From Candidatus Eiseniibacteriota bacterium (GTDB lineage: Bacteria > Eisenbacteria > RBG-16-71-46): DNA of 64,000 nt. The stretch lies in NCBI GenBank assembly GCA_963717505.1, contig OY970342.1, forward strand, positions 1,536,001 to 1,600,000, given 5' to 3'. The notes under the pieces are model-generated. The model made no database searches. It was not told the DNA's origin and saw nothing but the letters and a program-made list of their open reading frames with translations. Every line of letters starts with the position of its first letter. The first letter of the stretch is position 1. The position numbers and the translations under genes were made by a program. Below are positions 54,774-64,000 of this stretch, piece after piece.

Positions 54774-56066
54774 ATGAAACTGCCGCGTCCGCTCTGGGCA
54801 GTGCAGCTCTGGTACTGGATTCGCTACCACGGGTTGTTCGCGGCCGCCTTTGTTTGGCGACGACTGCTATTCCGCACGAAATTCGTGGTGATCACCGGCA
54901 GTTCGGGCAAGACCACCACCAAGGAACTGCTCGCCGCCGCACTCGCGACCAAGGCTCCGATCGCGGCGACGCTCCGCAATCGCAACGACCTGCTCGGCGT
55001 CCCCCGCTCGGTGCTGCGGGTGCGCCCGCATCACCGCTACGCCGTGATCGAGGTCGGCATCGACGGTGAGGCGTCGATGCGGCGGGCGGCTCGGCTCACA
55101 CTGCCCCACGTCGCCGTGATCCTGAACGTCAAGGGCACCCACACCACCAGCTTTCGCGACCTCGACCACCACGCCTATTGCAAGGGGCTGCTCCTGAATT
55201 GGCTGAGACCCGGCGGCGTGGCGGTGCTCAACGGTGATGACGCACGCGTCGCTGCTCTCGGCGGGAAGCGGCGCATGACGTGCGTCTACTTCGGAACGAC
55301 TCCCGATCGGGACCTGTGGGTCGATGAAGTCTCGGGGCGCTGGCCGGAGCGCCTTCGGTTCCGTGCGCATGCCGGCGGCGAGACCGTACGCGTCTCGACC
55401 CGACTGGTCGGAACCCACTGGATCGATTCCGCCCGGGCGGCGCTCGCGGCCGCGCGAATCTGCGGAGTGTCGATGTCGGAAGCGGCGTCGGCGTTTGCCG
55501 GAGTCGAGCCGTTTCCCGGCCGACTCATGCCGATGCGACTCCCCTCCGGCGCCATCATCCTGCGCGACGACTACAACGGATCGTGGGACGCGAGCCAGCC
55601 GGCCCTGCGCGTCCTAGCCGAAGCCCGCGCCGAACACCGCTGGTTCGTGGTCACCGATTTCTCGGACTTCGGGCACAACCGCAAGTCCCGCCTCAAGGCT
55701 CTAGCGCCGGCAGTCGCGAAAGTGTGCGATCGCTTCGTGCTCATCGGCGAATTGGCGGACTACGGCGTGCGCCGGGCGGTCGATGCCGGGCTGGCTGCCG
55801 ACGCTGTGTGGGGTTTCGAGTGGCCTGAACAGGCGGCGGCGTTCCTGAAGGACACGCTCGGCCCCGGAGATCTCGTGCTGCTCAAGGGGCGAACCACGGA
55901 TCACGCGGCGCGGATCTACTTCGGATTGCTGGGGGAGGTGCGTTGCCGCCGCCGGCAGTGCGGGCGGCGCTACCTGTGCGACGAGTGCCCCGAACTGGGA
56001 ACGCCCGAAGTGGATCGGGCGCGCGCGCAGCGAGAGCCGCCACCCGTGAGGATCGGGTCGCAGTAA
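54774..56066 (+). CDS. Atypical MurF-like Mur ligase with Cys-rich C-terminus
   Basis: ITGSSGKTTTKE, VLNGDD, PGRL, RDDYN, VLLKG; no MurF N-terminal domain; ends CRRRQCGRRYLCDEC. Confidence 0.8.
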   Translation: MKLPRPLWAVQLWYWIRYHGLFAAAFVWRRLLFRTKFVVITGSSGKTTTKELLAAALATKAPIAATLRNRNDLLGVPRSVLRVRPHHRYAVIEVGIDGEASMRRAARLTLPHVAVILNVKGTHTTSFRDLDHHAYCKGLLLNWLRPGGVAVLNGDDARVAALGGKRRMTCVYFGTTPDRDLWVDEVSGRWPERLRFRAHAGGETVRVSTRLVGTHWIDSARAALAAARICGVSMSEAASAFAGVEPFPGRLMPMRLPSGAIILRDDYNGSWDASQPALRVLAEARAEHRWFVVTDFSDFGHNRKSRLKALAPAVAKVCDRFVLIGELADYGVRRAVDAGLAADAVWGFEWPEQAAAFLKDTLGPGDLVLLKGRTTDHAARIYFGLLGEVRCRRRQCGRRYLCDECPELGTPEVDRARAQREPPPVRIGSQ

Positions 56067-56072
56067 GAGTGC

Positions 56073-56879
56073 TCAGCGCGTCAGCAGTCCGGCGTCGAGC
56101 ACGAACTGGGAGCCGGTGACGAAACGCGCGGCGTCCGAAGCCAAGTAGACGACCGCTTTGGCCACGTCCTCGGGTTCAATCCACGGCACCGGGAGCAGAT
56201 TGCCGGCAGAACGCTCCGCGATCTCGCGAGTCGTCATGCCCTCCAGCTCGGCGAGGCCGTCGTTCATCGGGGTGTTCACTCCGGTCGGATGAATCGAGAC
56301 CACCCTCACGCCGTGCGGCGCGAGTTCGATCGCCCACGACTTGGTGAGCCCGGTGAGCCCCCATTTGGCGGCCGCGTAGTGGCTGAGCCGACCCATTCCG
56401 CGCAGCCCGCCCACCGAGGAGTTGTTGATGATGACGCCGGAGCGTTGGCCAATCATCACTGGAATCACGCGCCGCGCCACCAACCAGGCGCCCTTGAGGT
56501 TGATGTCGAGCATCGCGTCCCAGGCGTCCTCGGTCAGTTCGTGAGCGAGTCCGTAGGCGCAGATACCGGCGTTGTTGAACAGAATGTCGATCCGCCCGAG
56601 GGCCTTCACCGTCTCGTCGACCGCCTGGCGAACGACTTGGTCGTCGCGCACGTCGCCGGCGAAGGTCAGGCAGCGCACTCCCAAGGCATCGCAGGCGCGC
56701 GCCAGCGAGGCGAGATCTTCTGCCGCACCGAGGCCGTAGCCCGGGTAGGGGAGCGGCTTCGCGACGTCGAAGGCGGCGATGTGGGCACCCTCGCCCGCCA
56801 ACGCCAGCGCCGTGGCGCGCCCCTGCCCGTGCGCCGCCCCGGTGATGAACGCCACTCGACCCGCGAGTCCGGTTTCCAT
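56073..56879 (-). CDS. SDR oxidoreductase, mycofactocin-coupled-like subfamily
   Basis: TGAAHGQG, NNAG, YAAAK, IHPTGVNTPM, LLPVPWIEPEDV. Confidence 0.85.
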   Translation of the reverse strand: METGLAGRVAFITGAAHGQGRATALALAGEGAHIAAFDVAKPLPYPGYGLGAAEDLASLARACDALGVRCLTFAGDVRDDQVVRQAVDETVKALGRIDILFNNAGICAYGLAHELTEDAWDAMLDINLKGAWLVARRVIPVMIGQRSGVIINNSSVGGLRGMGRLSHYAAAKWGLTGLTKSWAIELAPHGVRVVSIHPTGVNTPMNDGLAELEGMTTREIAERSAGNLLPVPWIEPEDVAKAVVYLASDAARFVTGSQFVLDAGLLTR

Positions 56880-56881
56880 CG

Positions 56882-57412
56882 TTACTTCTTCTCCTTGCGA
56901 TAGCGCGTCAGGTAGTCGTCGAGGTCGACTCGCAGCGCGTCGTTGAAGATGTTGGTCGCGACCATCAGCGCGCCGAACGCGGTGAGGGTCACGATCTGGC
57001 TCGGACTCAGGAATCCCGACAGCCGACCGTACAGCTCGTCGGAAACTTGATGCGGATCCTTCGCGATCTGGAGGCCGTAGTCCACGACGATCTGATCGTG
57101 CTCATCGAGCTGGAGGCGGTCCGGATTCTCGCCCGACTCGATCAAGTGGCGGCGGAAGAACGTCGAGCAGATCAGGCAGTCGGTCTGGGCCGAGATCGCG
57201 TGCGAGAAGAGCTCGGCACGGCGTGCGCCGAGGAACGGCGTGACTTCGTCGCGTAGCGTGTACCACTCCATGAGCGCGCGGAAGGCCGCGGGGGAGTGGC
57301 CGAGCGTGCGCTTCATGTTGGTCAGGCGCTCGTGCGAGGCGAGGTGTCGATCGTATTCGCGGCGCGTTTCGTCGCCGGCAGCTGAAGGTTCGAGCGGGGG
57401 GATACGGGCCAT
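56882..57412 (-). CDS. AhpD/carboxymuconolactone decarboxylase-like protein
   Basis: MARIPPL, TLGHSP, CLIC, VSDELY, NIFNDAL. Confidence 0.8.
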   Translation of the reverse strand: MARIPPLEPSAAGDETRREYDRHLASHERLTNMKRTLGHSPAAFRALMEWYTLRDEVTPFLGARRAELFSHAISAQTDCLICSTFFRRHLIESGENPDRLQLDEHDQIVVDYGLQIAKDPHQVSDELYGRLSGFLSPSQIVTLTAFGALMVATNIFNDALRVDLDDYLTRYRKEKK

Positions 57413-57589
57413 GGCGCTCCCGGGCGGGTGGTTTCGAAGCATCAGTATCAGCCTCGAGGATAGCGCAGGAGGCCGGCGCGTGAGACGGCGATCATCGACG
57501 GGATCTCGAGCCCCGAATTCACCTCAAACGCGAGAGGCGGCGTCCTTGCGGACGCCGCCTCTACGGCGCGAGGTGGTACCTCGTGCGAA

Positions 57590-57793
57590 TTAGGCCTTGC
57601 GAACGTTCGCTGCCTGCAGCCCCTTCGGACCACGGGTCACATCGAACTCGAGCGCCTCACCCTCGGCGAGCGTCTTGAATCCGTCGCCCTGGATGGCCGA
57701 GAAGTGCACAAACACGTCCTCGCCGCCGTCCGTCTGGGTGATGAAACCAAAGCCCTTCGCCTCGTTGAACCACTTCACATTGCCACGAGCCAC
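57590..57793 (-). CDS. Cold-shock protein (CspA family)
   Basis: [35 protein letters not shown]. Confidence 0.97.
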   Translation of the reverse strand: MARGNVKWFNEAKGFGFITQTDGGEDVFVHFSAIQGDGFKTLAEGEALEFDVTRGPKGLQAANVRKA

Positions 57794-57904
57794 TTTGAAA
57801 CTCCTGTGTTGCCGGATCCGAAGACCCGCACTTGCCGCGGTATCACGCCGCGGCCGCGTCCGGTCACTGTGACCGTCGCTTCGATCGATGCAAAACGGCC
57901 GACC

Positions 57905-57937
57905 AACAAAAAGCCGCCAGAAACGTCTCTGGCGGTT
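57905..57937 (-). terminator. Intrinsic-terminator-like hairpin upstream of csp
   Basis: Minus strand ccgccaga-gacgtt-tctggcgg followed by ctttttgtt. Confidence 0.6.
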
Positions 57938-58109
57938 CTGAACGTCGACATCTCATCACACAACCGAAGACATGCGCAGTATCGGCCATCGGAGAGAGAA
58001 AATCCAGCCCGGTCGACGATTGCCCGCTAGGACGTTGCCCCTCAATGGGTTGGCACTTGTCTGCCGGGGGCATTCAGCCGCAGGCGACCAGGATCCTCCG
58101 GCCGCCGAG

Positions 58110-58673
58110 CTACTTCCTCATCTCACCCACGACTCGGACATCCGTCAGCCCCAATTGCTTCTCGATCTCCTGCTCGAGCGCCAGGGACAGGTCCGGAGCA
58201 TCCGTGGTGATCAACTTCAGTTTCCCACCACTGTGCAGGACCGCGCTCACCGGATAGCTGGAGGTGGTCCCGCGGCGGCCGGTGCTCACGATTTCTTCGC
58301 GGTAGAGCTGCCGAATTTCCGACGTCTGCACCGTACGGTTGCCCAGCCACGGCAGCGGTCCGTGTTGGATCGAGAGGGACCCTTGCGACACGCGAATCAC
58401 CGTACGGTTGAGGAATCCGGCGAGCGTCCAGTAGGTGAGCCCGACCCCGACGGAAACGTGCAGCAGCGGAAACCACAGCGCGATGTTGCCGGGGTTCGGA
58501 TTCTGGAGCGCCGTGCGATACCAGAAGATCAGGAACCCATCCCAGAGCACGCAGAACCCGGCGAAGACGATGTACTTGAGCGAGAACCAACGATAGCTCA
58601 GTCGAAGGCCGCCAGCCTCGTGCTGAACATCAAGACCCTGGGGGATGGGTGCGTCGAGGGCGGGCTCGGCCAT
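58110..58673 (-). CDS. Hypothetical two-TM membrane protein
   Basis: Two hydrophobic helices, then HGPLPW and a beta-rich C-domain. Confidence 0.7.
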   Translation of the reverse strand: MAEPALDAPIPQGLDVQHEAGGLRLSYRWFSLKYIVFAGFCVLWDGFLIFWYRTALQNPNPGNIALWFPLLHVSVGVGLTYWTLAGFLNRTVIRVSQGSLSIQHGPLPWLGNRTVQTSEIRQLYREEIVSTGRRGTTSSYPVSAVLHSGGKLKLITTDAPDLSLALEQEIEKQLGLTDVRVVGEMRK

Positions 58674-58713
58674 GCGGTTCCTCGCGAACTTCGTTGGAAT
58701 CCCCGCGATCCTA

Positions 58714-59208
58714 CTAGGCCGCGGGTCGCTCTCGCGGCTGCTCGATCACCTGCCGGGCTAGTGCCTCGGCCGCAGGCCCGGCTTTGACCTGCTTCGCCGC
58801 CGCCGACAGGACGTAAATGCGGATGTTGTTCGAACCCACATCGCACGGAGTGATGAAGAATCCGTCGCGGTCGGGCGTCCAGGAGTGCGTGTATCCGCAG
58901 ACCAGCTCGCCGTCCTGGAACAGCACGGCGATCTTCTTTCCCTGGGTGGTTTCCATCGCCGAATCGATGAACCCGCGAATGTCCTGTCGCTTGGCGTCGC
59001 CCACCAGGGTCTTGACGAAGAAGACTGCTTTCAAGTCCTTCATGCGCACGGTCTTCACCCCGCTGCCGTCGTCGGTCACCAGATGGAAGCTCGGCTTCAT
59101 GTTGGTGAAGTCCTGCGAGACGCCCTTGAGCATCTCGCCGCTGCGGAAGCGCGCGACGATTCGAACCAGCTCCTTGGACTCGGGGTTCGATGGATTGGGC
59201 GGGTACAT
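58714..59208 (-). CDS. DUF6982-like hypothetical protein
   Basis: LKGVSQDF, LKAVFFVK, FQDGE, GFFITP.D..SNN.RIYV; two internally similar halves. Confidence 0.7.
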   Translation of the reverse strand: MYPPNPSNPESKELVRIVARFRSGEMLKGVSQDFTNMKPSFHLVTDDGSGVKTVRMKDLKAVFFVKTLVGDAKRQDIRGFIDSAMETTQGKKIAVLFQDGELVCGYTHSWTPDRDGFFITPCDVGSNNIRIYVLSAAAKQVKAGPAAEALARQVIEQPRERPAA

Positions 59209-59440
59209 AGCGGATTCCCTCTCCTAGGTCTCGGACGGGCATCGAGCCGGCCACCCGGTCGACGACAGTTCGGGAGTGTTGTCGGCCGGGTCGCGAGTCG
59301 TCTTGAGTCTTGGGACTCGGCCGGTAACCGCATGCGCGGCAAGTGCCTTGCCGTAGAGATTCCGCGCGTATCATCATGGGGCCGAGTACCCCACGCGCCG
59401 GCCCGTTCGGGACCCGGACAACAGACTCGAGGGCCCGGGA

Positions 59441-60814
59441 TTGAACAACACCACGGCGGCGCTGCTGGCAACGGGAGTGCTCGCCGCGTTCGCGGTTCTG
59501 CTCCGCTACCTGGGCGGCGACGTGGTCACGATGCGCACCCTGCCGGTGACCGCGCTGCTGCTCGTCGGATTCCACTATTGCCGGGCCGGATCCTGGTGGC
59601 GGCGCCTCGCCTTCGCCGGATTCGTGGTATGGACCGGAGCCTGGTTCGCCGAGCGCACCTGGGAGCGGGCGGTGGGGAATCTCGAGTCGCTCCCCGAGTG
59701 GGACTACCTCGGATTCTGGCTGCACGCGCGCACCGCCGCGCTCGGCCTCAACTTCTACGACCCGGAGCACGCTCGGGCCCTGGCGCTCCCGTTCCATGTG
59801 AGCCCCGAGTTCCAGAGCGAGATCGTCAACGTCGGGTTCTGGTACCCGCCGCCGTCCATGTTCTTCTTCTGGCCGTTGGGCTTGGCGGATCAGCCGGTGA
59901 AGGCGCTCGCGCCCTGGTACCTGTTCCACACCGCGATGATCGTCGTCGTCGTCTTCCTGTTGTGGAAGGTCTTCTTCGCCGGTCGCGGCCTGCTCGAGTG
60001 GCTGTTGTGCGCCGCCCTGGTCTGTACGACGCACGGCACCTACCAGACGTTCTACTATTCGCAGACCAACTTCGTCGCGCTGCTGGCCGTGCTCCTCTTC
60101 TGGCGCCGCATCGACTCGCGCGCCGGCGGCGCGTGGATCTCGGTGGCCGTGTTCGTGAAGCCGCTGCTCGCAATACTCGCGGTCGTGCCGATCCTGACTC
60201 GGCGCTGGCGCGTCGCGGTCGGGCTCGCGCTCGCGACCCTGGTGCTCCTCGCGGCTTCCGCCGTGGCGTTCGGGCCGGGCACGTTCGCCGACTACTTCAC
60301 CCGGGATCAGCTCAACGCCAAGCCGGACTGGATCTACTCCCAGCCGACGAATCAATCCTTGCTCGGCCTCGTGCTGCGCGCCAGCAAGGCGTCGTGTAGC
60401 GGCGTCCAATGCGTTCTCAATCCGGTCTTCCTCGCCCTCGCGGCGGTGATGGGCGCGGTCACGGTCACGCTCGGCATCGGACTGACCCGGGTGCGCGAGG
60501 ATCACTGGGCGGTCGCGTTGTTCCTGCTGCTCGGCCTCATCGTCTACCCGGTTTCGCAGCTGTTCTACAGCGTTCTGTTGATCCCGCCGGCGCTCATGCT
60601 CTGGCAGAGGCGCGAGCGCATCGCGGGTGGCCTGTGGACCGTGACGGTCGTGCTCGCCATGGTCCAGTCGCTGGCGGCGTTGTATGCGGGACGCCAGGCG
60701 GTGTTCGCATACCTCTTGATGTGGTTCGTGGTGGCGGTGGTCGGACTCGGACTGGTTCGGGGTCGCGGCTGGCCGCTGCGCCCCGCGCCCGAAACCCTCG
60801 ATGCCCGCGCCTGA
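59441..60814 (+). CDS. GT87 (DUF2029) membrane glycosyltransferase
   Basis: WDYLGFW, FWYPPP, SQTN, FVKP, NQSL; multiple TMs. Confidence 0.85.
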   Translation: MNNTTAALLATGVLAAFAVLLRYLGGDVVTMRTLPVTALLLVGFHYCRAGSWWRRLAFAGFVVWTGAWFAERTWERAVGNLESLPEWDYLGFWLHARTAALGLNFYDPEHARALALPFHVSPEFQSEIVNVGFWYPPPSMFFFWPLGLADQPVKALAPWYLFHTAMIVVVVFLLWKVFFAGRGLLEWLLCAALVCTTHGTYQTFYYSQTNFVALLAVLLFWRRIDSRAGGAWISVAVFVKPLLAILAVVPILTRRWRVAVGLALATLVLLAASAVAFGPGTFADYFTRDQLNAKPDWIYSQPTNQSLLGLVLRASKASCSGVQCVLNPVFLALAAVMGAVTVTLGIGLTRVREDHWAVALFLLLGLIVYPVSQLFYSVLLIPPALMLWQRRERIAGGLWTVTVVLAMVQSLAALYAGRQAVFAYLLMWFVVAVVGLGLVRGRGWPLRPAPETLDARA

Positions 60815-62126
60815 GTCCGAGCTGAAACCCGGCAACCGGTGGGGCCTGGCGGCCGAGGCCGCGCTCATCGTCGGGTTCTGTCTGCTGTACTTCTTCGGCT
60901 TCCCGCAGTCGAGTCCGGTTCACGGCCCGTTCGAAGTCTTCGATCAGGACAGCGCGTACCTGTTCGAATCCCTCGCCGAGGGCGTGCCCTACGCGTGGAA
61001 TCCGCAGAACCACCTTCTCTACCACGTCCTGGTCGAGGTGGGACATCGGCCGTGGCAGGAGGTGTTCGGATCGGGGCTGGCATCGACCTTCAGCTACCTC
61101 AAGGTCTTCACGGTGCTGACCGGGCTCGGCTTCCTGGTCGCCCTTCGCTGGTTGCTGATCGAACTGGGCATGGGGCTCGGTCCGCGCTTGCTGCTGCTCA
61201 GCCTCACCGGATTCTCGGTTTCGATCTGGTTCCACTTCTCGGCATTCGAGACCCATGGCCTGGCTTTGCCGTTCCTCGTGACCTACCTCGCCTGCCTGGT
61301 TCGGCTCCGCAACCAGGAAAAGCGCGGTGCGCCCGAACGAAACTGGTTCGTGGGCTCGCTCCTGGTCATGACCTGGACGCGGATCGACCTGTTCCGTTTC
61401 GCCGCGGGCAGCGTGTTGCTGCCGCTCTTGCCAGGGACGCGACGATGGGCGCGCAGTTTCTGGGCGGACCTCGCGAAAGTCGCGGTGATCGGGGTGATCG
61501 GGATCACGCTGCTCACCAGCATCTATCGCAGCCTGCCGCTCGAGGAGGCGCTGTTCGCGGCGTTCAAACGCGACGAGCGTAGCTCGCTCGAGGAAAAGGT
61601 GGCGAGCCCGAGCAACCTGTCGGTATCGAATTTCGTCCAGACCGGCCGCGCGCTCCTGCTGTACGGCATCCTGATGCCGGTGGCACCTCGCGACCCGCAG
61701 CGTAGCTTCCTCGCTCTACCCACGTATCGGCTGACGCTGGAGTGGCGCGAGGGCGAGGACCGTCCTTCGACCGGTCTCTTCCTCGAGCCGATGCGCAACT
61801 TCATGGGCTACGCATTGTCGCTGCTTGCCGGGGCCGGACTGCTGGCACTGCTGGCGACAGCCCTGGGCTCGAGTCTGCGGCGGGCAGCCGGCGGCGACGC
61901 GCTACACATCATCCTGCTCGCGCACGCCGCCGGCGGCTGGGTGCTCTACACGTGGTTCAACCCGTTCGAGCCATTCCTCTGGGTCGTGGAATTCGTCCCG
62001 CTGTGGATCGTCATGATTGCCGAGCTGCTGCGCGGGAAATCGCGGTCGACGTGGATCGCGCTAGGAGCACTGACCGCCCTGATCGCGACCCACAATCTGT
62101 ACGCGTTCTACCTGCCGTTCCGCTGA
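60801..62126 (+). CDS. Polytopic membrane protein, GT-C-like
   Basis: Many TM helices; acidic first loop (FDQDS), PQNHLLY, ETH; overlaps GT87 stop. Confidence 0.6.
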   Translation: MPAPESELKPGNRWGLAAEAALIVGFCLLYFFGFPQSSPVHGPFEVFDQDSAYLFESLAEGVPYAWNPQNHLLYHVLVEVGHRPWQEVFGSGLASTFSYLKVFTVLTGLGFLVALRWLLIELGMGLGPRLLLLSLTGFSVSIWFHFSAFETHGLALPFLVTYLACLVRLRNQEKRGAPERNWFVGSLLVMTWTRIDLFRFAAGSVLLPLLPGTRRWARSFWADLAKVAVIGVIGITLLTSIYRSLPLEEALFAAFKRDERSSLEEKVASPSNLSVSNFVQTGRALLLYGILMPVAPRDPQRSFLALPTYRLTLEWREGEDRPSTGLFLEPMRNFMGYALSLLAGAGLLALLATALGSSLRRAAGGDALHIILLAHAAGGWVLYTWFNPFEPFLWVVEFVPLWIVMIAELLRGKSRSTWIALGALTALIATHNLYAFYLPFR

Positions 62127-62134
62127 GGTTCTGG

Positions 62135-62380
62135 CTACTTCACGGCGGCGAGGCTGAACTTCCACCAGCCTGCGCCCTTGGCGACGTCGCGCAGCTTCTG
62201 AGGATCGACCACGTAGATCTCGTCGGCGTCGTTCACCGCCACGATGTAGCCGCCCCAGGCCTCGACGTGCCTGATGGTCCCGGTGCTTTGACCCTGCGCC
62301 GTCGCACTGGTGGCGCCGAGGTGATACGCGAACGCGAGACACAGGATTCCGGCGCAGACATAGAAGAACCGCTTGGCCAT
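62135..62380 (-). CDS. Small secreted hypothetical protein
   Basis: GGAGG RBS; MAKRFFYVCAGILCLAFAYHLGATSATAQ signal-like N-terminus. Confidence 0.65.
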   Translation of the reverse strand: MAKRFFYVCAGILCLAFAYHLGATSATAQGQSTGTIRHVEAWGGYIVAVNDADEIYVVDPQKLRDVAKGAGWWKFSLAAVK

Positions 62381-62501
62381 GGAGGGCCTCCAGAGGACCG
62401 CCCGGGCAGGGCAGCGGCGGCGTCGGCAATCGTGGGTCCCTGCCTCCCGATTGAACCCAATCACCCTAGCATGCGCGCAACGAAGGGCGCTGTTGTAGCC
62501 T

Positions 62502-63767
62502 GTGTCCGTGCCGCTTCGCCTACAGAAACTCGCCTACCGGTTCGCGCTCGTCTACTTCGCGCTCTACTGCCTTCCCTTCCCGCTCTACATCGTGCCGGGG
62601 CTAGGGGCCTTGGCGACTTGGTACACGAACGGAAGCCGCGCCCTGGGCCAGTGGTTCGGCGAAAACGTCCTGCGGATTCCCGCGGATGCAATCATCAACC
62701 AACCGACCGGCAGCGGCGACACTTTGTACAACTACGTGTTTGCCGTGGCCGTGCTCGCGGTCGCGATCGTCGTGACGCTGGTCTGGTCGATCGTCGATCG
62801 CCTGCGCACTGGCGCGATGGCCGAACGGTGGCTACCGTCCTACATCCGCTACGCGCTGGCGAGCATCTTCCTGCAATACGGGTTCTCGAAGTTGCCGCCA
62901 CTGCAGTTTCCGTCTCCGGGACCCGAGCTGATGATCAGGACCTATGGCGAGTCCTCGCCCATGGGACTACTGTGGACCTTCATGGGCTTTTCCCCCGCGT
63001 ATCAGATGTTCGCGGGGGTCGCGGAGATCATTCCGGGCCTGCTCCTGTTCTTCCGGCGCACGGCGACGCTGGGCGCGCTGATCGGCGCCGCGACGATGAC
63101 CAATGTCGTGGCGCTCAACCTTTGCTACGACGTGCCGGTCAAGCTGTTCTCGCTGCACTTGGTGGGCGCCGCCTTGTTGCTGGCGGCGCCGGATCTGCCG
63201 CGCTTGTTCGACCTGTTGGTGCGCCACCGTCCGGTCGCCGCCGCGCCGCTGCCCTGGACGCCGTCGAGCCCGCAGGCGCAAGCGGCGCTCATGGCCGTGC
63301 GTGCCCTGCTGATCATCGCGGTGTTGATGAACGTCACGACGCAGGCCTATCGCGGCTGGTACCGATACGGCGGCGGTGCGCCTCGATCGCCGATGGCCGG
63401 CGTCTATGACGTCACGTCGTTCGAGGCCGATGGCGAGTCCCAACCGCCATTGTGGACCGACACCAGGCGCTGGCGGCGATTTGTCGTCTTCGGACAGCGG
63501 CCGTGGGTGACCATCCAGTACATGGGCGGCGAAGACGTTCGCTTCATGTTCGAACACGATCCAACGAGCAACAAGCTCGTCTTGCGACATCCCGGGGCGG
63601 ATGGAACGCAGTCCTTGTCGTTCACCGAGACGGGCGAAGGCCGGAGGGTGGTCGAAGGCGACTTCGAGGGGAGGCGAATTTGGGTGGAGCTCGAGAAGAG
63701 CAATGCGAAGTTCCCGTTGACCAGCCGGGGCTTCCGCTGGATTCAGGAGCTGCCCTACAATCGCTGA
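62502..63767 (+). CDS. DoxX-like membrane protein
   Basis: TGSGDT, YGFSK...QF, SPMGLLWTFMGFS, LNLCYDVPVK, RGFRWIQELPYNR. Confidence 0.8.
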   Translation: MSVPLRLQKLAYRFALVYFALYCLPFPLYIVPGLGALATWYTNGSRALGQWFGENVLRIPADAIINQPTGSGDTLYNYVFAVAVLAVAIVVTLVWSIVDRLRTGAMAERWLPSYIRYALASIFLQYGFSKLPPLQFPSPGPELMIRTYGESSPMGLLWTFMGFSPAYQMFAGVAEIIPGLLLFFRRTATLGALIGAATMTNVVALNLCYDVPVKLFSLHLVGAALLLAAPDLPRLFDLLVRHRPVAAAPLPWTPSSPQAQAALMAVRALLIIAVLMNVTTQAYRGWYRYGGGAPRSPMAGVYDVTSFEADGESQPPLWTDTRRWRRFVVFGQRPWVTIQYMGGEDVRFMFEHDPTSNKLVLRHPGADGTQSLSFTETGEGRRVVEGDFEGRRIWVELEKSNAKFPLTSRGFRWIQELPYNR

Positions 63768-63775
63768 CGGAACGA

Positions 63776-64000
63776 ATGGCCAACCTCCAACGCATTGCTC
63801 TCGCCATCGCTTCGATGATGGCTGCCGCGCCCGCTCTCGGGGACAAACCCCCGCCCCCGGTCGAATCGGCATCGTTTGGCGCCTGGGAACACGGGGTTCT
63901 TGGCGAGTGCGTACTCGGCCACCCAGCCGCGACCGCCTTCATCGTTCACTACGTGCTTCCGCCCAATGACTCTTATCTCACCCTGCTCGAGCCCGACTCG
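63776..64000 (+). CDS. Secreted hypothetical protein (partial, runs off window end)
   Basis: Manual translation MANLQRIALAIASMMAAAPALG-DKPP..., open to the end of the window. Confidence 0.55.
   Translation, partial: MANLQRIALAIASMMAAAPALGDKPPPPVESASFGAWEHGVLGECVLGHPAATAFIVHYVLPPNDSYLTLLEPDS

Noticed and set aside
58051-58065. sigma54 promoter TGGCAC...TGC
   Set aside because: GG to GC spacing is 9, not 10, and no plus-strand gene follows.

Overview
High-GC bacterial chromosome segment, mostly core genes with accessory genes interleaved. Six proteins carry T9SS/FlgD-like C-terminal domains, which suggests an FCB-affiliated candidate lineage such as Ca. Eisenbacteria; this taxonomy is an inference. 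Core genes: secD-secF, guaB, an NTase-TPM-lemA trio, a ferredoxin-NADP reductase / 2-oxoacid:ferredoxin oxidoreductase operon, yajQ, a cold-shock gene and a complete F1Fo atp operon. Most notable: (1) a diverged direct repeat of the atpD 3' end plus atpC (42735-43419 and 50070-50712), with mostly synonymous differences and a 195-bp identical core, flanks about 6.6 kb of secreted-protein cargo and gene debris with no integrase; (2) an AtpI-like domain is fused to ATP synthase subunit a through a His-rich linker; (3) a secreted protein sits between atpG and atpD, and two genes sit between the oxidoreductase alpha and beta subunits; (4) a three-gene, heavily degenerate MCP / CheA-like / receiver operon; (5) a lower-GC islet with an orphan tailspike-like beta-helix protein. 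No rRNA, tRNA, CRISPR array, transposase or integrase was recognised. All family assignments come from motif recognition by eye, not database searches.
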